From a virus (taxonomy: Duplodnaviria > Heunggongvirae > Uroviricota > Caudoviricetes), in IMG/VR virus record IMGVR_UViG_3300025913_000018: DNA of 64,000 bases; one strand, given 5' to 3'. This document shows, piece by piece, positions 45,499 through 54,218 of this stretch. Within the stretch, counting starts at the first letter, position 1, and every line of letters starts with the position of its first letter. Both the position numbers and the translations under genes were made by a program. Under the pieces are notes generated by a model. That model did no database searches, was not told where the DNA came from, and worked only from the letters and a program-made list of their open reading frames with translations.

Positions 45499-47234
45499 GG
45501 GGAGACCATCTTCTCTGGGCCGAGGTCGAATCTCTCGACCCATGCCTCAGCTCGACCGTCCTGGACGAGCCACCAGACGTAGTCGGGGTCGGCGAGATCA
45601 GGGTACTTCTCCGCCAGCTCTCGGTACCTCTTCACCGCGAGGTGCATCCGTCCCCGAACCTCGGCGACGTCGCGGAACTGTTCACCGTGGCGAACGCTCG
45701 AACCGAACGAGATCACCGATTCGAGAACTCGGAAAGCGAGCTTCGCAAACGAGGGGGCTAGTACCTTTGGCTCGAAGAGGCCTCCGTACCTCTCCGAGAA
45801 TGGGTACCAGGAAGCCTGGAACCGGAAAGCCGGCGGATCGGTGTCGGCGACGGTCGGGTCTACCCTGGCCTGAGGAAAGCCTCGCTCGTGCCAATCGGTT
45901 CCGCTTCCGATCGTACAGAGAATCTGGTTCGCGATCTGCATCCAAGAATGGATCTGTTGGTCTTTGGTCATGCTCGACCAGGGCAGCGCCGAATCGCCGT
46001 CGCGGTCGTCAGGATCGGTACGAATCCCGTAGAGCGTCGGCCACCTCTCCACCATGGCCTGAACGTAGGCGTGGGCGTTCACCTCGATGTCCTCCCAGCT
46101 CTTCAGGAAGTCCTTCGCTGGGTCCGGGTCTCGTACCCACTCGAAAGTCGCGAACAATGTCTCTCGTCCGGCTCGTCCGTCGTCGTTGCGAGCTTCGTCG
46201 TCGTGGCGGAAGCGGTACACGCCCGGCTTCACGTCGATCACCGTCGCTCGGGCGTCCTTCAGCGAGCCCTTGAATCTCTTGGCGCGTCGATCGAACTCTT
46301 CCAGGTCGCAGAGCGAGTACCACCACAGATCGGTACAGATGTTGGCGATCTTCTCGCCCTCGAACTTCGGCCTCCGCTTGTAGGGGACGTAGTTCTTTCC
46401 GTCCCAGTACTCGTCGGGCGGTTCGTTTGCGATCTTGTACTTCCCCTCGGCCATCCGATAGACGTTCGGGCAGGTGTTTCCGACTGAGGCGTGGGACATT
46501 CCGATCGCGGCGTACGCCCAAGAGGTCTTACGGCATCCCAAAACACCGTTGACGCTCTCGATCTCGTCGTCTCCCTCAGGGAGAGGGAACCATTTGCGAA
46601 GGTCGTTCGCCACAACGATCTTCCCGCTCGGGACGTTCAATTCCCATTCGTTGGGTTCGAACCCCTTCGGAAGCGGGCAGTCCTTCCCCGAGAAGCGAAT
46701 CTTCTTCCCGTTCGTCTCCAACGTGAAACGACGCGTCCCGCAGTAGCCGCACCCGTCCGAGAAACCAGCCATGCTCGCGCCGAGGTTGATCCAGCGACGA
46801 AGGCCCTTCTTCGAGGTCAGCGCCTTCAGGAGGTCGCGCAAGTCGTCGTCAGACGCCCTCGCTCCGAAAAGGAAGATCCCGTTCGCGATACTCTTCTTGA
46901 ACTCGTCGACTCGCCCCAGGATCGATCCGTTCTTCCAGTGGCCGCGGAGATCGACGTCGAGTTTCGAAGCCTTCAGCTTATTCTCGACCTTCATCCGAAG
47001 CTCGAAGTCGACCTCGGGCTTCTTCGGGTCCTTCTTGAAGGTCTTTTCCCGGTAGGCGACCATCGGATCGACCGCCTCGGCCGTAGCGATCACGGAAGGG
47101 TGTCCCGGACGAAGCTCCGACTCCTCGAAGAGCCCGTCCGTTGTCTGAACTTTCGAGCCGTCCCGAAGGACCGCCCTCACTTCTGTACGGGCGCCTCTCG
47201 CCGAGATCACGACCAATTCACCGGGCTTGAACAT
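45495..47234 (-). CDS. Hypothetical protein (579 aa)
   Basis: Long ORF; GCGTAAG 8 nt upstream; no family recognised. Confidence 0.8.
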   Translation of the reverse strand: MFKPGELVVISARGARTEVRAVLRDGSKVQTTDGLFEESELRPGHPSVIATAEAVDPMVAYREKTFKKDPKKPEVDFELRMKVENKLKASKLDVDLRGHWKNGSILGRVDEFKKSIANGIFLFGARASDDDLRDLLKALTSKKGLRRWINLGASMAGFSDGCGYCGTRRFTLETNGKKIRFSGKDCPLPKGFEPNEWELNVPSGKIVVANDLRKWFPLPEGDDEIESVNGVLGCRKTSWAYAAIGMSHASVGNTCPNVYRMAEGKYKIANEPPDEYWDGKNYVPYKRRPKFEGEKIANICTDLWWYSLCDLEEFDRRAKRFKGSLKDARATVIDVKPGVYRFRHDDEARNDDGRAGRETLFATFEWVRDPDPAKDFLKSWEDIEVNAHAYVQAMVERWPTLYGIRTDPDDRDGDSALPWSSMTKDQQIHSWMQIANQILCTIGSGTDWHERGFPQARVDPTVADTDPPAFRFQASWYPFSERYGGLFEPKVLAPSFAKLAFRVLESVISFGSSVRHGEQFRDVAEVRGRMHLAVKRYRELAEKYPDLADPDYVWWLVQDGRAEAWVERFDLGPEKMVSP

Positions 47235-47242
47235 CGGGATCC

Positions 47243-47627
47243 CTTACGCCGTGCGAATCTCCTCGATCGCTAGTCCTCACTTGTGGCGCTTCTCGAATCG
47301 CTTCAGGATTTTCTGATTGAGATCTTCGATCTCAGATTCGAGTTTGCGGAGATCGAGATCGAAGTACGAGGAGACGACCGACTCCACGCCGGGATCCTGA
47401 AGCGGTACATATCCAGGTGGGGAGGCGCGGGTCAACGCGCAAAGAACGAGACTCTGCTTCTCCTTCGCGTGCTTCAAGAAACCGACGACGGTAAGGATTC
47501 GATCCTTGAGGGCCTCCTTGAGTCGGAGTTCCTTCGTGACCGGATCGCAACCGCAATCGCTGTCGAACTTGTGACAGACTGAGCAGACCATCTCGGATTC
47601 TTACGCCGTGCGGATCTTCTCGATCGC
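47243..47627. repeat. 28-bp direct repeat (26/28 identical) at 47243-47270 and 47600-47627, flanking one gene
   Basis: cttacgccgtgcgaatctcctcgatcgc versus cttacgccgtgcggatcttctcgatcgc. Confidence 0.85.
47277..47591 (-). CDS. Hypothetical protein (104 aa) lying between the direct repeats
   Basis: GCGTAAG 8 nt upstream; N-terminal CxxC. Confidence 0.65.
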   Translation of the reverse strand: MVCSVCHKFDSDCGCDPVTKELRLKEALKDRILTVVGFLKHAKEKQSLVLCALTRASPPGYVPLQDPGVESVVSSYFDLDLRKLESEIEDLNQKILKRFEKRHK

Positions 47628-48158
47628 CCGACGCCCTCGCTTGTCGAGCTTCTTCCACTTGATCTTGAACGAGGTCGAGGAGATCCCCCCGAACATCGCC
47701 GCGTTCGAATGAACCTCAGCGAGCGCCGAGAGAAGAAGGGTAGCGACAAACCTCGGTTCGGTACCTGCGAGGAACGCCTCGTAGTCCTCCGAGGAGGCCG
47801 AATGGGTCACCATGTCGTTCCGGATGAGGAAGGCCACGTCGAGGTCTCCTCCGGCCTCTAGCCACGCCCGGTAGCTCACCTCGGCGTGATCGGGGAAGTG
47901 AGCCCGTCCTTCCAGGTCGACCGTCTTACAGCGAGGCTTCCCGCAATCGTGGAAGATCGCGTACTCCCGAAGAAGCGCCCGAGACGGCGCGAGGCTTCGA
48001 AGAAGCTGTCGATTCTCGGGGAGCCAAGAGGGGACTCTCCACCGGCTTTCGTCGAGCGGCTTCCCGTCGAGGAAGTCCAGAAGCTCTTCGAGGTGGGACC
48101 ACACGGAAAGACCGTGTTCGTAGATCGTCTGCCCGGAAGTTTGCTCACACGAGCGCAT
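47601..48158 (-). CDS. HD-domain phosphohydrolase
   Basis: EHG, FHDCGKP, DHAE and DMVTH metal-ligand pattern. Confidence 0.7.
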   Translation of the reverse strand: MRSCEQTSGQTIYEHGLSVWSHLEELLDFLDGKPLDESRWRVPSWLPENRQLLRSLAPSRALLREYAIFHDCGKPRCKTVDLEGRAHFPDHAEVSYRAWLEAGGDLDVAFLIRNDMVTHSASSEDYEAFLAGTEPRFVATLLLSALAEVHSNAAMFGGISSTSFKIKWKKLDKRGRRAIEKIRTA

Positions 48159-48235
48159 CTCCGAGATGAGGACGTCTTTCGGGGAGGAGATCTACAGCTG
48201 AACGAAGTCGTGCATCTTGGAACCTCTCGGGGAGC

Positions 48236-48520
48236 TTACTCTTCGTTCGCGATCTTGGCGAGAACGTCCCCGTGGCAAGCGAGAGGCGCGCACCAACACC
48301 CGAGAACCTTCCCTCGAAGTTCCTTCTGGATTCGAGCTACGAGGTCCGGACGAGACAGGATCCACTTCTCGTACTTGGAGATCGCCTCTTCTCGGGTCGC
48401 GACGCGATGGGCAGCGAGGGTTCCCTTCTGATGGCTGAAAGGGTTTCCCCACTCTGAAGGCCGCCCGATGTACACGTCGTACGGGGCCTTCTTCGAGTGA
48501 ACGACGTACCGCGAGGTCAA
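48236..48520 (-). CDS. DUF4326 family protein
   Basis: VYIGRPSEWGNPF...LRGKVLGCWCAPLACHGDVL; TTGA coupling. Confidence 0.9.
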   Translation of the reverse strand: MTSRYVVHSKKAPYDVYIGRPSEWGNPFSHQKGTLAAHRVATREEAISKYEKWILSRPDLVARIQKELRGKVLGCWCAPLACHGDVLAKIANEE

Positions 48521-48948
48521 GGACGATGCGGAGGCGGATCGGTCTGCCACGAATCTTCGGGCTTCCCTCGACGTCTCCACTCCTGGTTGAGGCCGGGATG
48601 GATCTCCGCGTGGTCGCGCCAGATCATCCTGAGCGAGTAGTAGAGATGGCGATCGTCCATGTCCGAGATGTTCAAGACGACGCCCTCTCGGGTCCTCCAC
48701 TGAGAGTAGGGATCGACCCGATTCCGGGCGCGCGACGCCTCGGCCGCCCGGAGGTCCTCTACGGCTCTCTGAAGAAGACCGCCCGTCGGGCTGTGGAACG
48801 CCTCCTCCCACCCCCTAGGCATGTCCTTGGGGTCGGAATACCACTCCGGATCTCCGGGGCCCGGGTAGTTCGTCGTTCCGGGCATTCCGCCCTCTGGACC
48901 GAACGCCCCGAGCATCGGATACCAAGCTTGTCCCGGCGGGAAGTTCAC
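48517..48948 (-). CDS. Hypothetical protein
   Basis: GTGA coupling; WRTREG...ISDMDDRHL motif. Confidence 0.55.
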   Translation of the reverse strand: MNFPPGQAWYPMLGAFGPEGGMPGTTNYPGPGDPEWYSDPKDMPRGWEEAFHSPTGGLLQRAVEDLRAAEASRARNRVDPYSQWRTREGVVLNISDMDDRHLYYSLRMIWRDHAEIHPGLNQEWRRRGKPEDSWQTDPPPHRP

Positions 48949-49295
48949 GGCCCGACTCCTTCGAGGCCGCCATGTCCGTTCTCGCAGCAGGCGCCCCCGG
49001 GTGTATCGAATTGAGGAGACCTGCACTCCGGACAGTAGAGCCCGGTCGGCGGGTACTGGTCGACGGCCTTCCCATCGTCCCGCCTCGGATCTCCTCCGAC
49101 CCTCCGCAAGGCCACCTCTCCGTCGGAGATGATGACGCGAAGCTTCTCCTTCCGTTCGAGGAGCTTCTTGATCTCGTGATCGATGTCGAAAAGCTCTTCC
49201 CTGGAGTCGGCGATCCGGTCTTCGAGGAAGCGACGCATCCCCACATCGTCGGCGGAGTAGTTACGGCTCCGATCTTGGCTGCCTCCGTCACTCAC
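48945..49295 (-). CDS. Coiled-coil plus zinc-ribbon protein
   Basis: CPECRSP...CCENGH; GTGA coupling. Confidence 0.6.
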   Translation of the reverse strand: MSDGGSQDRSRNYSADDVGMRRFLEDRIADSREELFDIDHEIKKLLERKEKLRVIISDGEVALRRVGGDPRRDDGKAVDQYPPTGLYCPECRSPQFDTPGGACCENGHGGLEGVGP

Positions 49296-49570
49296 GGAGA
49301 GACCACCAGGTTTTCGAGGATGTCCGCGTAGGAACCGAGTTCCCGGAGTCCTGCCACGCTCTTCGCCCTCCGATACTTCGGACAGACGAAGGTGACGTGA
49401 GCCGGCAGCGCCCGCGGAGCTTCGTGCTTCGCGTGGGTGTAGGAGTGGAACCCGCACTCACCCCAAGACGCCTGGGGGCGGGGGAAGTTCCCATAGTCGC
49501 AAGTCGCACAGGTATGAGCGAGTCGTACCTGTTCGTCCTGGAAGACTTGGAGTTTGTTCTTGTCCGGCAC
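49292..49570 (-). CDS. Cys/His-rich hypothetical protein (92 aa)
   Basis: CATC...CGFH...CPKY; GTG start inferred. Confidence 0.55.
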   Translation of the reverse strand: MPDKNKLQVFQDEQVRLAHTCATCDYGNFPRPQASWGECGFHSYTHAKHEAPRALPAHVTFVCPKYRRAKSVAGLRELGSYADILENLVVSP

Positions 49571-49577
49571 GAAGGGA

Positions 49578-50198
49578 TTACCCCTTCGCGCACCGAAGAC
49601 CGTGATGGAGAGGTTCGTCCTTACCCGACCCGCACTCTCCGCAGGATAGGCCGCCTCCTTCGGGGATTTCCTCAGTCGAAGGACCAACCCTCCACTCATG
49701 GTGGTAGAGGTAGCACGTCGGGCACCTCTCCGTCTCCCACGGCCCTGCCAGGTCGAAGACGAACGTCTGACCGATCTCCCCCGAGTAGCTGAGGCTACTC
49801 GTCCCGTTCCGCTGGGCTCGCTCGATCCGCTTCCGAGGACCTTCGTGGTCGAGATCTCCGGCGTAGAGGATTCGAGAGTCGACGATCTCGTATCCCATCC
49901 ATCGGGTCGCCGGACGAATCGAGTGGGACGTGATGATCAAGTCGTTCCACCGAACGATCATGACGGAGATTCCGATCCGCTCGTAGTTCCCCTCGACACG
50001 CCCGAGAGTCCCCGGAGGAATCCCGGGAAGGTCTCGCGCTTCGATTAGGGTCGTAGGCCCGAGGCGGTACGGGTGCCAGTCGAGGAGATGAGTGATCAGC
50101 TCCGCCTCGGTCATCGGATCAGTCCGATAGACGTCATGACTCCAGAGACGATAGCGGAGGCCCTCGCTCGTCTTCCTACAATGGATCACTTCACTCAT
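49578..50198 (-). CDS. Hypothetical protein (206 aa)
   Basis: ORF with C-terminal CPTC and CGEC motifs. Confidence 0.65.
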   Translation of the reverse strand: MSEVIHCRKTSEGLRYRLWSHDVYRTDPMTEAELITHLLDWHPYRLGPTTLIEARDLPGIPPGTLGRVEGNYERIGISVMIVRWNDLIITSHSIRPATRWMGYEIVDSRILYAGDLDHEGPRKRIERAQRNGTSSLSYSGEIGQTFVFDLAGPWETERCPTCYLYHHEWRVGPSTEEIPEGGGLSCGECGSGKDEPLHHGLRCAKG

Positions 50199-50246
50199 GG
50201 TCTTACTACCGACCGTGTAGTGGAAAACGAACGTCGGGGCGAGGTC

Positions 50247-50417
50247 TTACGCCTCGAATCGTTCCCAATCCTGAAGAAGGTCGTCGTCCTGGACGTAGAT
50301 CGTAACCCTCGTAGCCCCTAGGCTACAAAGCCCAATCAACCCGTCCGGAGAGATGGCTACGACCATCCTCACCTCCTCCGAGCCCTTCTTCCTCCAATGC
50401 TGTCCGGTAGCGATCAT
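50247..50417 (-). CDS. Small hypothetical protein (56 aa; absent from the ORF track)
   Basis: ATGA coupling; ends GCG-TAA. Confidence 0.55.
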   Translation of the reverse strand: MIATGQHWRKKGSEEVRMVVAISPDGLIGLCSLGATRVTIYVQDDDLLQDWERFEA

Positions 50418-50626
50418 AGTTCAGTGTACCGGGCCGTCACGACCTGAGTCCCCTCGGTCGAAGCCGTGATCCGATCGCCTAGTCGGGGATATCGGTTCGA
50501 ACGGGCTCCGTGAAGACCGACGATCGAGAACGAGTAGTCCTGATCGGTCTTCGGATCCGTCATGTCCACAAGCCCCTTTCGTCGGTGGTACCGAACCACG
50601 ACGAGTTCTCGTACCTCTTGGGTCAT
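50414..50626 (-). CDS. Small OB/cold-shock-like hypothetical protein (70 aa)
   Basis: ATGA coupling; the fold call is a weak guess. Confidence 0.5.
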   Translation of the reverse strand: MTQEVRELVVVRYHRRKGLVDMTDPKTDQDYSFSIVGLHGARSNRYPRLGDRITASTEGTQVVTARYTEL

Positions 50627-51165
50627 CTTCTTCGCTTCTTTCTCTCGGGAGCCCGAGTCCCCCGAGGCTTCCGGGCAGGTGTGAGACACGCGTCTTCGAT
50701 TCCCCACTTACGAAGCCGGTACAGAAAGCGATCGTACTTGATTCGTAGCTTCCTAGCCCAAGCTCTCTTCGTGAGCCTCACTCCGCCTGCGGTGACGTAC
50801 TGATCCGCGTGGCTGTGGGCGAAGCGGTTCTGTTGAAGGACCGTCTGCCACTCACACTCCCCTGGCCCGTAGTTGTTGAAGGGGGTGAGACGTCCGAGCG
50901 TCTTCCCTGGAGGGCGAGACCCCATGTCTTCTAGGAAGTTCTCGAACCTCCGCCATCGAGGGACAACGATGATCCCGACGCCGCCGTAACCCTCGTAGGA
51001 AGGGTGCTTCTTGTCGTGACACCTCTGGATCATCGCCCTCCACGTCGTGTACGTGGGGGACTCCCTTCGCCCGTCTCGGCGCATCGTTCGATGGCCGTGG
51101 ACGCGCTGACTCTTCCCACGCTCCGATAGGGGAAGGTGGGGAAGGTCTAGTTGGGACCCGTCCAT
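50623..51165 (-). CDS. HNH homing-endonuclease-like protein with a degenerate active site
   Basis: YTTWRAMIQRC...YEGYGGVGI...WRRFENFLEDMGSRP...NNYGPGECEW, followed by a C-terminal HTH-like segment. Confidence 0.75.
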   Translation of the reverse strand: MDGSQLDLPHLPLSERGKSQRVHGHRTMRRDGRRESPTYTTWRAMIQRCHDKKHPSYEGYGGVGIIVVPRWRRFENFLEDMGSRPPGKTLGRLTPFNNYGPGECEWQTVLQQNRFAHSHADQYVTAGGVRLTKRAWARKLRIKYDRFLYRLRKWGIEDACLTPARKPRGTRAPERKKRRR

Positions 51166-51167
51166 CT

Positions 51168-51416
51168 CTACTCGTCGAGACGTTCGATCCGACGAGCGAT
51201 CAGGCGAAGCGTCTCGGCGACTTCCTTGTTGCCCTGAGGGCTGGTCGCCATGGTGCTCTCGTTCACCTGATCGTCTCCGATGAGGACGATCTTCCCGGTC
51301 TCGTCGAAGGCGATCGTCAGATCGAAGCGATGTCCGGCTTCGACACGGTCGTTCACCATGTGCAGGACGGGGATGTGACGGGGCTCGATGTAGTCGCTCA
51401 TCTTGTTCTCCTTCAA
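51168..51416 (-). CDS. Small hypothetical protein
   Basis: Coupled ORF. Confidence 0.6.
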   Translation of the reverse strand: MKENKMSDYIEPRHIPVLHMVNDRVEAGHRFDLTIAFDETGKIVLIGDDQVNESTMATSPQGNKEVAETLRLIARRIERLDE

Positions 51417-52249
51417 CCGATTCCGAAGAGACCTTCGAGAGCCGAGGTCTCTCGAAGAGGAAGCTGAACCTCGACTCCGAGGGGAGCGAGTCGTTCCCGC
51501 GCGCGGGCGATCGAGAGGTCCGAGATGTCACAGCCCGCGAAGTTCCGACCGGACTTCATCGCAGCCTCTCCGCACGAAGCGCTCCCCATGAAGGGATCGA
51601 TCACCAGCTCGCCGGGACTGCTGGAGTTCGCGATCAGGGTCGCGAGGAGAGAGACCGGCTTCTCGGTCGGATAGGCGTGATCGACTCGCGGGGCGGTCAG
51701 TACGTCCGGCCACCCGAGCTGGAGGAGCTTCCGCTTCCCCTTCTCCAGGAAAGAGATCTCCTCCTTTGAGTTCCGCCAGTGGTACCCCATCCCGATCCGA
51801 ACGTCTTCCTGGGCGAGGTCTTCGTCGAGGACAGGGATCAGACCCGTGTCCTTCCCCTTCACCTTCACCCACGTCAGCGACTTCCAGAACTTGAATCCGG
51901 CGGTCCGCCCCATCGGACGGACCACGTCAATCATCGTCTCCTGGTCCGTGATCATGTAGAGGTGAGCGTTCCGCTTCAGGACGCGGTAGATCTCCGAGAG
52001 AAGCTCCGGGACCCTCTCGTTCTTGAAGATGCTGAACCAGGCGTTGCTGGAGCCGTCGCTCTGCGACAGGCGCGTAGTCGTCCCGGTCGAGCGGTGCTTT
52101 TCCAGGCTCTCGTACGCGTAGTCCGTGACGCACAGGTCGACCGACTCGTCCGGAAGCGTCTTCAACCAAGCGACGCTATCCATCTGGGCGAGGGTGAACC
52201 GAGGCGTGTAGGCCTCGGGGGTCGCGAGGGTATCTGTAGATGACGTCAC
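51413..52249 (-). CDS. N6-adenine/N4-cytosine DNA methyltransferase (beta class) with atypical DYAY motif IV
   Basis: LPDESVDLCVTDYAY, YPTEKP, VIDPFMGSAS and FAGCDI. Confidence 0.85.
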   Translation of the reverse strand: MTSSTDTLATPEAYTPRFTLAQMDSVAWLKTLPDESVDLCVTDYAYESLEKHRSTGTTTRLSQSDGSSNAWFSIFKNERVPELLSEIYRVLKRNAHLYMITDQETMIDVVRPMGRTAGFKFWKSLTWVKVKGKDTGLIPVLDEDLAQEDVRIGMGYHWRNSKEEISFLEKGKRKLLQLGWPDVLTAPRVDHAYPTEKPVSLLATLIANSSSPGELVIDPFMGSASCGEAAMKSGRNFAGCDISDLSIARARERLAPLGVEVQLPLRETSALEGLFGIG

Positions 52250-52521
52250 GGGATCTCTTCCGGGAGGGGTTGGTCGAGGCGGAGGTAGCGACCGGTGTGG
52301 AACCAGTGAATCCGCCTCTTCGCGTAGGGGGCGCTCCTGGGGTCCTGCTCCATCACCCGAGTCCAGTAACGGACGACTTCGATTTTCGGTTGGGCTGGGG
52401 GTTTATCGAAGTCCAGGCCTGTATGTCCGAACTCGGGGCACGTAGCGCAGACCCAGAACCAACACCCTGGCATGCAGTGCTTTTCACCGCTGAAGATCTT
52501 CTCGTGGACGTGGTCGCTCAC
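52246..52521 (-). CDS. Hypothetical protein (91 aa)
   Basis: Coupled ORF, Cys-rich N-terminus. Confidence 0.55.
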   Translation of the reverse strand: MSDHVHEKIFSGEKHCMPGCWFWVCATCPEFGHTGLDFDKPPAQPKIEVVRYWTRVMEQDPRSAPYAKRRIHWFHTGRYLRLDQPLPEEIP

Positions 52522-52868
52522 AGGACTGCTCTACAGGTTGGACAAGGGAGGGTCTGATTCCCCGGAATCCCGCCCGGCCTCGGAATCAGGAAGAGAACCT
52601 CTCCTCTTCCGCGACACGTCTCGCAGTTGGGGTCGTTCGAGGGCGGAGGCTCGGAGGGAACGAAGGTGAACGTACTGGTGGTCGGATTGACACCCAGTTC
52701 TCTCTTCATCCGTTCGATACGGTCTTCCTGAGACTCGTTCTTCGCGACCGTCCGATCCCAATCGGGTTCGCCGACCACGAACTCCGCGCCCGCCTTCACG
52801 CTCTCTTCACTCATCCCGACCTCCGCCGAAGGGACCTTACGTCGGAGTTGTTCGGTTGAGTAGGCCAC
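52518..52868 (-). CDS. Protein with C-terminal DnaJ-like CxxCxGxG motifs
   Basis: CETCRGRG...CPTC; GCGTAAG 8 nt before GTG. Confidence 0.6.
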   Translation of the reverse strand: MAYSTEQLRRKVPSAEVGMSEESVKAGAEFVVGEPDWDRTVAKNESQEDRIERMKRELGVNPTTSTFTFVPSEPPPSNDPNCETCRGRGEVLFLIPRPGGIPGNQTLPCPTCRAVL

Positions 52869-52884
52869 CTCGGCTTCTTACGCC

Positions 52885-53610
52885 TCAGTCCAGATCGTCC
52901 GCGTGAGTCTCCGGCCACCCTCGCTTTTCGCGGAAGCGGATGTTCACCGGAGCACCCGTGAGATCTGACGAGGCAAGCGTGATGCCGTCTTCGGCGAGCC
53001 GGGCTTCCAGACAATCCCAGTGGAGCTGAAGATGACGCTCGGAGGGCTCGGTCGCCGTTTCCCACAGATGATTCTTCACCATGTAGTAGTCTCGAACCGG
53101 CTTCATACAGTGGAAGCAAGCGGTCTCGTACGTGGAGTAGTAGATGTTCTCCTCGACGATCCAAACGTCTTCCGGATCTTCGCGACTTCGGAGAACGAAG
53201 TCTCCCGGCTTCCCGGTCTGGTAGTAGGAACCGTCGTCGGCCAACGTCCCCCACTTCCCCTTCACCTCGAAAGGTTCTTTCGAGGTGCCTTGGGAGTTGC
53301 CGATCCGAACCGAGTCCACGACGTTCCCCGGCTTCGGTACGGCCGTCCACCACCCGTCTGCGTCGCACTCGGTGATGTCGTACTTCTTGAAGAGGTTCTT
53401 CTTCTCCTGCTGCCACATCTCCCCGGCGTGACCAATGGAGACGAAAGCGTCAGGACGAACGGTTTGATCTCCTTCGAGGGTTCGAACCAACATCGAGGGA
53501 CTGACCTTCATGTCCGAGAGGATCGCGGTGATGTGCTTCACCCGAACCGGCCTCGTCTTCGAAGAGAGGTTCCACTCCGCGATCGAGGTGAGGTCTACCC
53601 GGACGGTCAT
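52885..53610 (-). CDS. PGDYG-like domain fused to a small Cys/His domain
   Basis: GKPGDFVL...VWIVEENIYYSTYE followed by CFHC...YMVKNHLW...HWDCLEARL. Confidence 0.5.
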   Translation of the reverse strand: MTVRVDLTSIAEWNLSSKTRPVRVKHITAILSDMKVSPSMLVRTLEGDQTVRPDAFVSIGHAGEMWQQEKKNLFKKYDITECDADGWWTAVPKPGNVVDSVRIGNSQGTSKEPFEVKGKWGTLADDGSYYQTGKPGDFVLRSREDPEDVWIVEENIYYSTYETACFHCMKPVRDYYMVKNHLWETATEPSERHLQLHWDCLEARLAEDGITLASSDLTGAPVNIRFREKRGWPETHADDLD

Positions 53611-53632
53611 CGGTCCTATCTTACGCTCTCCC

Positions 53633-54211
53633 TCACGAGGAGAAAGCGGGGTTGTCGTCGACCGCCCACCCCTCTCGGTTTTCGAGAAGCGTCTCTCCGA
53701 TCGGAAGAGCGGGGATCTGTCCGTCCCGGTGCTTCTTCATCATACGATCGTAGAGCATGAGGTAGACGGCCGCCCCGAGGTTGACGCAGTGGCGTGTCGG
53801 GATGAAGACGCGACGGTGGCAGAGCTTCCGAATCACCGGTGGGATCGAACCGTCCTCGGGGCCGAACACGTAGATCGCGTTCTCCGGGTGCTCGAATAGA
53901 AGGAGGTTCTCGCTGCTGTCGAGTAGCTCGACCGCGACCGGGACGGCGGTCTTCGGGAAGTTCTCGAAGGGACGATCGTCCAGAACCATCTGGACGTCCG
54001 AGAACCCCTTCATCCGCTCCTCGCGAGGGAGACGCTTCGCGTCGATCACCTTGTCGGCTACACGACGACCGGTCAGCCAGACCTGCTGGATGCCGAAGCA
54101 CGAGCTAGCCCGTACTGAGGCCCCCACGTTGTGAGGGTAGCGCGGGTCGAGGAGCACGATGCTGGGGGCGACGGCCTGAACGTCCCGAGCCTTCTTGAAC
54201 GGATCTGACAT
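53633..54211 (-). CDS. TrmH/SpoU-family (SPOUT) RNA 2'-O-methyltransferase
   Basis: Motif 1 PHNVGASVRAS, motif 2 VFGPEDGSI, motif 3 CVNLGAAV. Confidence 0.9.
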   Translation of the reverse strand: MSDPFKKARDVQAVAPSIVLLDPRYPHNVGASVRASSCFGIQQVWLTGRRVADKVIDAKRLPREERMKGFSDVQMVLDDRPFENFPKTAVPVAVELLDSSENLLLFEHPENAIYVFGPEDGSIPPVIRKLCHRRVFIPTRHCVNLGAAVYLMLYDRMMKKHRDGQIPALPIGETLLENREGWAVDDNPAFSS

Positions 54212-54218
54212 CAAGCCC

